Shown piece by piece: positions 1 through 11,618 of a stretch of 64,000 nucleotides of DNA. The position numbers were made by a program, and so were the translations under genes. Under the pieces are notes generated by a model. That model searched no databases, was not told the DNA's origin, and saw only the letters and a list, made by a program, of their open reading frames with translations. Origin of the DNA: Haliotis cracherodii. Its lineage: Eukaryota. Within the stretch, counting starts at the first letter, position 1, and each line of letters starts with the position of its first letter. The stretch spans positions 16,182,001 through 16,246,000 of the forward strand of contig NW_027266286.1 in NCBI RefSeq assembly GCF_022045235.1, read 5' to 3'.

Positions 1-113
1 AACGTCTGAGACCTACATCACTTCGGGCTTTCCTCCCACATAAAGCTGACACACCGTGATATAACTGGAATACTGTTAAAAGTGGTGTTAAACCCAACTC
101 ACTCACTCACTCA
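1..113 (+). mobile_element. 3' part of tRNA-derived SINE family A
   Basis: Near-identical to the 3' half of copies at 3280-3568 and 4394-4674; ends in a (TCAC)n tail. Confidence 0.85.
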
Positions 114-1020
114 AAGATCATTGGATCCAAGATCAAATGTTGTAGGACTATCATTTTGTTTTCAATATATTTTTCTATGAAAAAATAACAAATTATTCTC
201 CTGGGGAAAAGGTAAGAGGAAATAGAATTTTCTTCAGGTTTTGGTGAGGTTGATGTGCGTGTTGGAAGGTACTCTTGTACCTTGAAGTATCATGGTACAC
301 TTGCTTCTCTGTATCAGCAAATTATCTCAGAAAATCGTGAAGAATTTTAGATATTTCTCATTGTGCTGGTTATTTTAAACATACCATGTTAAAATTCCTT
401 TTTCATGGTGGTAAATATGTTTTGGATTTGTCTGGTAAAAACTCCAGTTTCAGTATTAGTTCTGTCAATGTTTGAATTGTCCGGATTTTAATGTATGAGT
501 TATCTTTCCTTGTCTGAAACATGTTGCAATGGCTGCTAACTGGTTTTTAGAACAACTGCCTTCTGGGAAGAAAAAAGCCATGTTGAAAATAAGCTCCTGA
601 TGAGAAACATATTTTATGCCTAATACAAAAATACTATGTGTAGATGTCCCTTTGGCAAGATATCGTGTTTCTGTCATGGTCACCCATACCTTGCCACAGA
701 TTGATGTCCGATCTGCAAGGACATCCTGCTGAAATGGTGTCTAATAATTGTGACTGTTATCTGACGGCCTACTGCTGCTATCATTAGGTCATCACTATGG
801 TTACGGTGTAGTGTTTGCGGTTCAAATCCCATATCACCAAGATTAAGATTCTTGGTCAGCACTATACCTGTGTTGGATGGTTCCAGCAAAGTGGTGAACA
901 GTCATGCACTAGGTTACTTTGAGATTTCCCCCCACATATAGCTGACACGCCATGAACTATTGTTCAAAATTCAACTCGCTCACTCACTTTCAAACAAAAG
1001 GAAACTACACATCAACTAAT

Positions 1021-1298
1021 GTTGGTTGGTTGGTTGATTGGTTTGTTGTTTAACGCCGCACTCAGCAGTATTCCAGCTATATGACGGCGGTCTGGAATTA
1101 ATCGAGTCTGGACCAGACAATCCAGTGATTAATACCATGAGCATCGATCCACGCAATTGGGATCGATGACATGTATCAACCAAGTCAGCGAGCCTGACCA
1201 CCCAATCCCGTTAGTCGCCTTTTACGACTAGCATAGTTGCCTCTTACGGCAAGCATGGGTTGCTGAAGACCTATTCTACCCCGGCGTCTTCACGGGCC
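1021..1298 (-). mobile_element. SINE-like family B (no tRNA head), full-length copy
   Basis: Matches copies at 21033-21297, 23200-23470, 28088-28350, 29685-29899 and 53281-53543; shared 3' tail ...GCTGGAATATTGCTGAGTGCGGCGTTAAAC plus (AACC/AAAC)n. Confidence 0.85.
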
Positions 1299-2292
1299 TC
1301 AACTAATGTAACTGTGTGGCGAGTGAGTGAGTCAATTTTACACAGCTTCAAATATGGCAGAGGACACTAAAAATAGGCTTCACATATTCTGCCTATGTCT
1401 CATTGAGCCAGAACTGTAATCACTTTGCTGCCTGCCACCCACACCCCTTCTACCGGGAAGGACTGAAGAAAGGGCTTATGCTCAGGAGAAGAACCTCACT
1501 ATTTCCATAGATTCTCACAGGCACTCATTTAAGGTTAAGTCTTTCTTGTGTCACTAGTTTATTATGGGGACAATTTTAAGTAGAAGATTACAGTTTCCAC
1601 AATTCACACCTTTGCATTTTTTAGTAAAGACGCCTGTGTCTGTACAATCATATATTACTCGAGTGTATATTTTGAGTTTTGACTTTCTGACCTGTTGCAT
1701 GTTTTAGTGCATATTTTGTTAACTGACAATATACAGTGTAGTCTTGATTATGTTATTTATTTCATCACTGTCTACATAGTGATTCTGCATGTAGTTATAG
1801 AGCAGAGCAGCTTTGTTATTTAATTAGAATTTGCAGGCAATTTATTGGATTGCCGTTTGACTTTATACTTTTACACTGTTCTTCCTCGAGAACTGATCAT
1901 GCTGTCCTTGTCAGAGTCCACTAGGAACAGTAATGTCTCTATTCTTTTTTTGGTTTGTAGAATTGTTACCATTCAGTCTCGTTTATGTCAGGTTTTTTAC
2001 TCTCATATGATACCTTGCTGCACGAAGATCTGACAACACTCTGCCAAGGAAGTCGCATCAGGTGAACTTTCTAATCTGCCTGTCAGCATTGAGGCTTTTA
2101 ATTTCCTTGCTGTCAGTGAGGGAAACATTCTAATCAGCATGTATCTGGATATTTTATACACCTGTTGTTTCTGAGCACCATGGCATCTATATACAAAGGA
2201 TGAACTAGGGAATATTTTTTTTGTGTATGGATTTTTTATTATTTAAAGTTGAATTAAATTCCGTGATATATTTAAAAGATTAATATTGGTTA

Positions 2293-2713
2293 TGTCTGAT
2301 ACAGCTGTAAATGTCTGATACAGCTGTAAATGTCTGATACAGCTGTAAATGTCTGACACAGCTGTAACTGTCTGATACAGCTGTAAATGTCTGATACAGC
2401 TGTAAATGTCTGACACAGCTGTAACTGTCTGATACAGCTGTAAATGTCTGACACAGCTGTAAATGTCTGACACAGCTGTAAATGTCTGATATTGCTGTAA
2501 ATATCTGATACAACTGTAAATGCCTGACACAGCTGTAAATGTCTGATACAGCTGTAAATGTCTGATACAGCTGTAAATGTCTGATACAGCTGTAAATGAT
2601 GGACACAGCTTTAAATGTCTGATCAGCTGTAACTGTCTGACACAGCTGTAAATGTCTGATAAGCTGTAACTGTCTGACACAGCTGTAAATGTCGACACAG
2701 CTGTAAATGTCTG
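2293..2713. repeat. 19-bp minisatellite, ~22 copies (TGTCTGAYACAGCTGTAAA)
   Basis: Direct tandem repeat; each unit contains the palindrome (T)ACAGCTGT(A). Confidence 0.95.
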
Positions 2714-3279
2714 CAGAACATGAAACACCATCCTCATCACATTTGTTATCTCTATCTGTTCCATGAACACATCACCGCCACTATTGTTTGTTATGCGTCA
2801 TAATACGCAGCAGCATCACTGACCCATGCACTGTTGGGCATTTTCATCTGTCTGCACTTGGACATTGATTTTCAGTTCACTTATCAAACAGAATTTGGCA
2901 TTAATTAATTGAAATAATATCGACCAGTCATGTGATATAGAGGCTTGGGTGTCAGAGAGAATCAGGCGAGGGTCACCAAAATATAGGACAGTCTCAAGGG
3001 CTGGGTCATGAAACATACCACACATATTCATGAGGAAATGGACATTTTATGTTAAAATATAAAGTGCTTTTGCAATAGCCTTTTCAGGGAGGGTCATGAA
3101 AAATATGTTCAAGGACATGGGGAGGGTCATCCAAAAATATGACAAGCATTAGGGGAGGGTCATTGTTTTGAGGACATTATTGTATCAACAACCACTGAAC
3201 CAAGCCCCTCCTGTATTAAATGAGCATTCTCTTATTTATATTTATGTATGACGGACGATTCATGTTTCACATTGTCAAC

Positions 3280-3568
3280 GGGTAGCACGGGTGACCCAGT
3301 CGTCTAAGGCGCCGCGATTCGCTGTGCAGAGTTGCGTCCCTTAGGCACGCCAGAAACCTATGATTGTGGGGTCGAATCCCGGTTCGCCCCGATTATGTTT
3401 CTAGGTTTGTCAGCACCATACCCGTGCTCGTGGGTTTCACCAAAGTGGTAAACGTCTGAGACCTGCATCACTTCGGGCTTTCCTCCCACATTAAGCTGAC
3501 ATGCCGTGATATAACTGGAATACTGTTAAAAGCGGCGTTAAACCAAACTCACTCACTCACTCACTCAC
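3280..3568 (+). mobile_element. tRNA(Leu-like)-derived SINE family A, full length with TSD
   Basis: A-box-like GTGACCCAGTCGTCTAAGGCG, B-box-like GGTCGAATCCC, (TCAC)n tail; TSD TCACATTGTCAAC at 3267-3279 and 3565-3577. Confidence 0.9.
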
Positions 3569-4393
3569 ATTGTCAACACGACTCAGATTCAGTATATTAT
3601 ATAGGTTGTGTGACTTATATTGTTTTTGCCATATATAAAATTATGTTAAATGGCTTTAATATTTTCCGAGATATTCTGCATACTTTCTGTACACAGTATC
3701 ACAAGTAACAATCTCCCAGTAATTAAGGCTGTTTTTTAATTACGTCTTTTTCCGGTTTGGAAAAACTGATGGCTCGCTGGACAATGTTAGTGGAATTTTG
3801 TAGTGTTTCCCTTCCATCTGGCTACTGAATATTGCAAAACATATGGTGGAGTGTGTGCTGAAATCTGATTTTTTTAAACGCATTGTTAAGCCCGAATGGA
3901 AACCCGGAAATCTTTGTATGCTCAAATGGTATCATAAATATTCATATTTCCAAATTTGAAATTCTGGTCGTTCTACTGGACAAAATGGACAACACGTCAA
4001 TTATGTATTAGATTTGATGAATATTTATCAGAAGATCTTTGAATTTGTTAATTTGTTTTTTCTCTGTCTGAGATCAGTTGTCATGGAAATATATGATCCA
4101 TTTTGTCACAACATCCTAACATTCCTGAGTAACTTCAACTGTGTCAACTGAGTTCTCAGAGGACAGGGATGCAGAGAGTTCTTGAGAACATTCGGATGTG
4201 AAGTTGTAGATGAACTTTGTGTAGTTTCAAATCTACCGAGTATTAGTTGATGAAAAAATTTAACATTTGAACCAATGTCATCCAAATGAAACTTTTGGGC
4301 ATACTACTCAATAACACCCAGAAATCTAAAACCTGAAACAACTGTAGTCATTGGTATGTTTATTTCATAGTTATGTCTCTTACATTGTTATGA

Positions 4394-4674
4394 GGGGGCA
4401 CGGGTGGCCCAGTCGTCTAAGGCGCCACGATTTGCTGTGCACAGTTGCGTCCCTTGGACATGCCAGAAACCTGATTGTGGGTTCGAATCCCGGTTCGCCC
4501 CTGTTGTGTTTCTAGGTGTGTCAGCACCATACCCGTGCTCGTGGGTTTCACAGAAGTGGTAAACGTCTGAGACCTGCATCACTTCAGGCTTTCCTCTCAC
4601 ATTAAGCTGACATGCCGCGATATAACTGGAATATATACTGTTAACCAAACTCACTCACTCACTCACTCACTCAC
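4394..4674 (+). mobile_element. SINE family A, full length
   Basis: Highly similar to 3280-3568; intact GGTTCGAATCCC B box; degenerate TSD ACATTGTTATGAG/ACATTGAAATGAG. Confidence 0.9.
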
Positions 4675-5971
4675 ATTGAAATGAGAAATTATTTTGTTTT
4701 CGGAATCCAGGAAGGTTTTCTTTCTAGTTCTGTTAAATAATTACTGATTGGTTATTTGTGTCACTTTGGATATAGTACAAGGAATTTCATTGGTGCTTTC
4801 ATATGTTTTGGAATGGAAATCAGATGTTTTCTGCACTCATTTACAGTAGCTTTTGATAAAATCATGAAGCTTGTTGTCAAACATCTTCCAAAGGCAAGCG
4901 TGTCCACAAGCCTATAATCATACCCTAGTTTCTACCCTTGCCACAACAAGGCCACATTTCTTGGCTCAACCCTAGCGCCACCTCACGTTCATCACGACTT
5001 GTGCCCCTTGTAATGAAAACGCGATATCCAATCAGATTGCTGGTCTTATCCCGTATGGCTTCACAAAGATGATGACTACCATAGGTGACAACGTTATCAA
5101 TCAGATAATGAAAACATTTGTGGTTTTTTTTATCCAATCCATGACACAAAAACATAGGCAATCTTTGAATCTTTTTTTTTGGGGGGGGGGGGATCTAAAT
5201 GATATGAAAGACATATACGTACATATTCTTCTCAACAAAGACAGGCAGCGGTAAATTACCTGTCGTGGATGTTGATTTTGTGAAACGTTCTCTGATTGTA
5301 CTATTGATATGTGGGATAGTCCAATCATATTTAGCATAGGAAAGGCGGCTTGATGTGACAAGGGTGGAAGCAAGACTTTCATAAAAAGGCAAGTGGCTCT
5401 CTTGCCTCGGGAAGAGGGTTGTCACGCTGACCCAGGTGATTGCTTGTACACAAAGCCTGTATTGTTAGAGATCAGTCATTTATACTATTCTAGGAGGGTC
5501 CTGAGATTTTGTAAGAGACAGCTTCAAGACAATAGTTTATTGAGGACCCAAACATATTGTTTTTCTGACAAACGTTTCATTCTTCAGAACATGCAGTGAA
5601 CATTTTTTTTTAGATATTGTGTGCAAAACCTCAGGTAAAATCACTATTTCCAGTGTTTTTTTAAAGAAGTTAATCATTTTTCAAATATATTACATACAAA
5701 CGGTCGGTCCTTTTAATTCTAACTCTTTATTCTAGTTTTATTTTTGCAATAGGTCACTACAAATGTGATACAGTGAGAACTTATTTATACTGACAATGAT
5801 TACCAGGGTAATTTACAAGATATTGCTAATTTATCTCAAAATCAGGTCTACCAAGTTGATGTTATATAACAAAAAACTTATGTTAAACTGGTATATTTCA
5901 TCTGACAATCAAAACGTGTGATTATGTTTAAGAGGTCAGATAATGTTTACAGGAGTTTCTTGGGAAAGAAA

Positions 5972-6135
5972 GGGTCGGTCGGGTAGCCTAGTGGTTAAAG
6001 CATTTGATCATCATGCCAAAGACCCGGGTTCGATTCCCAAAATGGGTACAATGTGTGAAGCCCATTTCTGGTGTCCCCTGCCGTGATATTGCTGGAATAT
6101 TGGTAAAAGCGGTGTAGAACCATACTCAATCACTT
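5972..6135 (+). mobile_element. Short tRNA(Asp-like)-derived SINE family C
   Basis: GGTAGCCTAGTGGTTAAAGC...GGGTTCGATTCCC head followed by the same 3' tail as the other families. Confidence 0.85.
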
Positions 6136-7221
6136 GGTAAAGAAAATTCAAAGGTATATCCATTAAAAATATGATTTGTAAATTTTATTTGTTATGGGCT
6201 AAGAATTGAGAACATGGAGAAAAGGAGTTTTTTTTTTCTTTTCATAAACATGTAACATCAATTTTTATTTTGTACCAATAAACCGTGATGCATGTCATTT
6301 TTTTAAACATTACTTAAAATCACAAGGTTTGCTTATCCTCAAACTAGTTAATATCACTGTGCAAACAATACTATTAACAATGTCATTGTGAATATGATTA
6401 CAAGGATGTGATTTGGTACACGTTGCCTTTAAAACATTTTTATTTATTTTCCCCAAATCAGGAATGTGTGGATCAACGAGACTCGACTGTATATACAATA
6501 GCTATTTGTTTTACTGCTGTTTATGAAAGGTGTGAGACTATATCATCACCTACATAAACCGTCATTGTGAGTGCCAGGCACGTTTCATGTTGTACGTATA
6601 TTGAGAGTATTGTGGTGCTATGGTCAATTTCCTATGAGGAAGAGTTGATGCAGTACAGATCCAGGGCTTGCTTCTGATTGCTTCTGTGGTACTCTGCCAA
6701 TACATATACCAGTATGTCTGGCTTGCCTCTACCAGATTGTACCAGATAGGAATAATAATGATAATGATAATAATAATGTGGAACCTCATTCTGGTTTGAT
6801 CTAAGCGAACAGACTGAATTAAGAAGTTTCAAGAAAGGACTTCAAAGTTAAATACGCTGTACATATAGCCCTCTTTGGTGTGATGCTAAGTTACAAGGAA
6901 TTGCAGGTTATCTTTTCAGTGGATGAGCGGGTTAAGTCGATATTGTGGCAAGGGTCATGGAGCATTCATTCTCTAGAGACCATAAATCTGTAATTCTGAG
7001 TTTCAAGTGGGATTATTATATTTACTACTTGGATATTTTGATGAAAAAAATGGATGGCATCATAAGTATCATACTGAAAATCAGGTTCTGTGGCAGCAAC
7101 ATTTTGATGGGACTTAACGTCAAATTTGAGAATAAGTTCACGGCAAAAATTGGAAAGTTATTATGCTCAATCTGTCAAACTTTATGGGTAATATTAAGAT
7201 TTTCACACACTCTGAAGTATA

Positions 7222-7554
7222 CCGTATTTGACATAATAAGCGCCCAGGGTGCTCTCAAAATTAGAAATAGGGGGCTCTTATTAGAATATTATTTTAATGA
7301 AAAACAACAGAGTTCAAAGAGCGTAAATTTTGTTGTTTATGCTGAAATGTTTATAAACGACAGATATATTTTTCCAGAATTTAATTGATCATAATTAAGG
7401 GTGCATATAACAAACGTATTATGCACGAATAAATAGCCTTGTGTACATTTATCAATCAGAAGGGGTGCTAATTGGGATTGTTCACTAGCCAGTATATTAG
7501 CAAATATCGCCGTGTGTGCTTATTAGAGCGGGGCGCTTATTACGTCGAATACAG
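7222..7554. mobile_element. Tc1/mariner-pogo-type MITE (second, truncated copy at 44616-44892)
   Basis: TIRs CCGTATTTGACATAATAAGCGCCC / GGGCGCTTATTACGTCGAATACAG, with TA on both sides. Confidence 0.8.
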
Positions 7555-7796
7555 TAATAGTTCTAGCTTCAACTGCTATCATTCATAGGGTCAGGTTTCT
7601 GGATTAATGAGATGTATTTGGTTACCTGTCATCCACACTGATCAGATCTCAACATAGCTGAATGCTGTAGTGTGTAGTCAACATTGACCAGTAGTTGGCC
7701 ATGCGACTGTTGGAAGTCACACAAACCTGGGCTTTCAGTGTATCAGCCTCGTCTTACTTTACTTTTATCATAGGGACTTCCTCTTTGTACATTGAA

Positions 7797-7943
7797 GGCG
7801 GCGGGGTAGCCTAGTGGTTAAAGCATTTGCTCGTCACGCCAAAGGCCCGGGGTCAATTCCCCTCATGGGTACAAAGTGTGAAGCCAATATCCGCTGTGAT
7901 ATTGCTGGAATATTGCTAAAAGTGGCATACTCTCTCTCTCTCT
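7797..7943 (+). mobile_element. SINE family C with TSD
   Basis: tRNA head plus tail; flanking direct repeat CTCTTTGTACATT. Confidence 0.85.
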
Positions 7944-8556
7944 TTGTACATTTAATAATTTACAGATAAAGAATTTACCTGAAACATTGCTTGAGAGTTT
8001 TTAATCAATTGAGTGATCATAGTCAGATTATCAGATAACCAAAGTATTTGTGTCTTGAGGACATCAACGGAAGAGTTGCACTTATGTTACCACATTTTTC
8101 TGATTAATCCATTCAGGCAATAGATTTTCTTCAAATAGGAACAATTCCTGGTGCTAAATCTGCCAGAATTAGCTCATCTAAGCGACTATTGCCTCCATGC
8201 TTGATACGATGTGAATTTAAAATTCAGTTTTGATTTGTATGAGAACATGGATCCTGTCAAGTCACTGCAAAAAGTGTTGTTTTACTGCAAGTCATGCACT
8301 ATGCGCCATTTGCATGCATGATGGTGTGTGGCTTTCATAACAATAAATGCATGAGTTTACTCAGAGTGTCTGTTGTTTATCAGGTTAGTTTAGATCTTGA
8401 TGGGGCAGCTAGTGCAGAAGATCCATCGAGTGGGTTTTAGATTGTAGTCTCCCATACCATGAATTGCTAGTCAGTGGTAAAAGTGTACCCTGGGGAGTAC
8501 TGGAGCATGGAGCGGGTTTGGAGTCTTAACGTCAAGGATTCAACTACCTTAACAGT

Positions 8557-8654
8557 GCCCCGTTCCACAAAGCGCTAAGATGATCGTAACTCCCATACTT
8601 TAACACAGGCTTATGACAATCATAGCACTAAAATTGCTTTGGGGAATGGGCCCC
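8557..8654. mobile_element. Short palindromic MITE (PIF/Harbinger-like ends), degenerate
   Basis: Similar to 17764-17872; G/C-rich GGGCCC-type termini. Confidence 0.55.
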
Positions 8655-9210
8655 AGGGGAGATAACTCAAATCTTCACGTCTGTAACCAGTGTTGCAGAC
8701 ATGGAGGAGAAAAAGAGAAATCTTGAAAACTATACAATATCTAATTGGCACATAGATTGGTTGAGTGGCCAAATGGTGCCTTTTGATAGTTTGGGATTTA
8801 TAAACAAAAAAATCTTTCGAGTTTAAATGGCAACAACTTTGACTCTGACTGAATAAGCAGTAGTGCTCCTTTCCACAGTTTGAAAAACGTACAATATTTC
8901 TTTACCAAACTTGGCACATAAATAGGTCTTGTGGTGAACAGGACCAATTGGATAGTTTGGTATTTTCTGAACAAATGACTTTCAAGTTTCCATGGCAACA
9001 CGTTTCATATATTTATTATCCACAAGTATTTGCTGTTGCGGAGAGATCAATGCTTTGTCCTCTAGCTGAAAATTTGATGTCCCGTTCACAAGCCATAATT
9101 TGATGACGCGGCTCTACTAGGGTTTAATAGTCAATGCAGTAAACATCGGCTACAAGATGACATTGGGCAACTTTTCAATGTTGCCTTTAACTAAACTCAC
9201 TCATCTATAA

Positions 9211-9375
9211 GGGGCAGTCGGGTAGCCTGGTGGTTAAAGCTTTCGCTCGTCACGCCGAAGACCCGGGTTCGATTCCCGGCATGGATACGATGTGTGAAGC
9301 CCATTTCTGGTGTGCCCCGCCGTGTAATTGCTGGAATATTGCTAAAAGCAGCGTAAAGCCATACTCACTCACTCA
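9211..9375 (+). mobile_element. SINE family C, full length with 16-bp TSD
   Basis: GTCACGCCGAAGACCCGGGTTCGATTCCC resembles the tRNA-Asp anticodon/T arm; TSD ACTCACTCATCTATAA at 9195-9210 and 9367-9382. Confidence 0.9.
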
Positions 9376-9662
9376 TCTATAAACCGCTCGTGTTGACATG
9401 GCGGCATATCCGATGTGCTCTATACATGGCCAGCCTCAAGTCTTGCTTCAAACAGGAAGTGGCGGGTGTAAAAAGGTTAATAGGGAGGCCACGGTCGGTG
9501 TCCTGGTGCTCGTTTTACGCCTAGTTCTATTTAGGTGCATTTCAAGCACAATTCAACAGTCACAATCATGGCCAGTGCCTTACAGGATGGCATGAAGAAC
9601 GAAGCATTCACATTCGCATTTACCCATGGCCGTAATTTGGCACCAGTGAATCGCAAGTGATG

Positions 9663-9856
9663 TTTAACGCCGATTTTAACAGTATTTAAGTTATATCACG
9701 GCGTGTCAGCTTACTGTGGGAGGATAGCCCGAAGCAATGCAGGTATCATTTACCACTTTGGTGAAACCCCCGAGCACGGGTATGGTGCTGACAAACCTAG
9801 AAACATAATTGGGGCGAACCGGGATTCATCATAGGTTTCTGGCGTGCCTATGGGCA
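9663..9856 (-). mobile_element. SINE family A, 5'-truncated
   Basis: Reverse complement of the family A body and tail. Confidence 0.8.
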
Positions 9857-10487
9857 TTTAGAAAAATTATATAATGTTTTAGATGTATATAACTGTTCTT
9901 AATATAAAGGCTTGACTCGGAAAGTAAATTAGCTCGTAATTGTGTTTCGGAAATAAGCTCCTTTGTACGCATGCTGAAAAAACTTCACTGGGGATTTAGG
10001 CGAGCTGTTTTTTGTGGGTTTTTTTTAACATCTGAGTTTTTCATTTTATGCATGCGTTTCTGTACGCAAGCTTATTGAAAGTAATTGGGTTTTAATTGAA
10101 AGTAATTTCGTTCCCAGATTCTGATGATGTCAATCACTGGATAGTCTGGTCCAGACTCGATTATTTAGGGACCGCCGTTATATAGGTTGAATAGTACTAG
10201 GTGCGGCGTTAAACAAGCAACAATATCGTAGATCGATGCTCATGAAGTCAATCACTGAATTGTCTGGTCCAAACCCGATTATTTTGAGACCGCCGCTATA
10301 AACAGTAGAACATGGATATAACGAACTACAAGGGAACGGAGAAATCACTTCGTTATACACATTATATGTTACTGAGTGCGGCATCAAACAAAAGACCAGC
10401 GAAAGAAAAAAAGGGAGAGCAGCGGTACCAAACGAAGGGTACGCGAATCCGTCTCCAACTTGGTCTGTCACACTCTGGCGCACTGAT

Positions 10488-10656
10488 GACCGGAAAGAAC
10501 GCGGAAGTCGGGGAGATTTGTGTGAGCTTAGACAGATTGGCCACCTGGGTAGGAGAATGAGTCACGCTCCATTAGCGGACTGTGACGTCATACTGTAATA
10601 AACATCCAAGAATCATGACGTCATTTGTTCTGAATACCAGTTCTTGTGACGTCACA
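10488..10656 (+). promoter_or_regulatory. Putative promoter: ETS-like CGGAAG, reverse CCAAT and three perfect CRE palindromes (TGACGTCA)
   Basis: GCGGAAGT ~10501, GATTGG ~10535, TGACGTCA at ~10583, ~10616 and ~10647; locally CpG-rich; ~1 kb upstream of the kinase ORF. Confidence 0.55.
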
Positions 10657-11618
10657 ATAAAATATGTTGCAAACAGACTGTGAAATGTCAGAACATTGAT
10701 GTTGGCGGTTAATTTATTGTTATTTTTTTTCCCATATGTATAATATTAAGGAGTCATCCCCCAAATGATATTTTCTCATCCCTTGATAAATTTGTTGTAT
10801 CTTGGTTGCCCTTGGATACATCTATTACGTCACACACGTTTCGATAGCCAAGAGCTAATCAAATATCCGCCTCATCTGAGAAGGGAATGGTACATTTCTC
10901 CATATCAAACGTCGCCTTATTCCATATCTGCACCAAGGATGAAACTTGAATGGAGGGTCGTTCCTCCTTGTGCGTGTGTATAACGATGATTCCCCGCTGG
11001 CTGTGCTTGGCGTAGATTCGAGATCAAGCTGAAACTATACTGAAAGTCCTCAAGATCAAGCCTGAAGATGATATGGAAGTGTAATTCTCCCAACCTAAGT
11101 GTTATTACGGTTGACAAGGTAAGAATTTTCAATTTAGCACCCTTTTCAATCCAACATCGGAACAATACGAAAATACGAATCGAACCCAAAACGAGTGGGT
11201 CCAGGGTATTTATCGATATCATACACTGGATCTTCGAGGATACTGTATCGATAGAAGTAAATGGGTAACCTTTGTTCATATGTTCAAAATGCATATATCA
11301 TATTTAAGAAATCAGCGCTATACTAATCAATATATAACTTTGTACATTGAACTAAAAACATATAATATAAATATATTTTAACGTCTCCTTTTGCAAACTT
11401 ATATTTACCAAACAGCTGTAAAAACAAAGCATATTTTATCTGATAAAATTTGTTTTGTTGTAGACACAGTTTATTCCATACACGATTGCTGATGTCTTTG
11501 ATAACCATGTCGGACCTGATTCCAAATATCTTTCCATAGAGCTGCCGGAGGTGGCTGATATAAATAACACAGAACGGTTTATACTGGTTAGAAGCAGGGA
11601 ATCTCGGCCCGAATCCAC

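Noticed and set aside
1016-1201. Recurring small ORFs (…ITGLSGPDS…WNIAECGVKQQ…) here and at 21149, 23139 and 53239
   Set aside because: Chance translations of SINE family B copies.
2293-2713. CRISPR-like array
   Set aside because: Head-to-tail repeats with no unique spacers, in eukaryotic DNA with no cas genes; the same applies to the 52-bp arrays at 27-29.7 kb.
2243-2770. 175-aa and 108-aa repetitive ORFs
   Set aside because: Artefacts of the 19-bp minisatellite; the unit length is not a multiple of 3.
6945-7388. 147-aa ORF
   Set aside because: Non-ATG start, runs into a MITE, no recognisable motifs.
9211-9290. tRNA-Asp gene (also ~43369 and ~59190)
   Set aside because: No proper acceptor stem; continues into a SINE body and tail, with TSDs.
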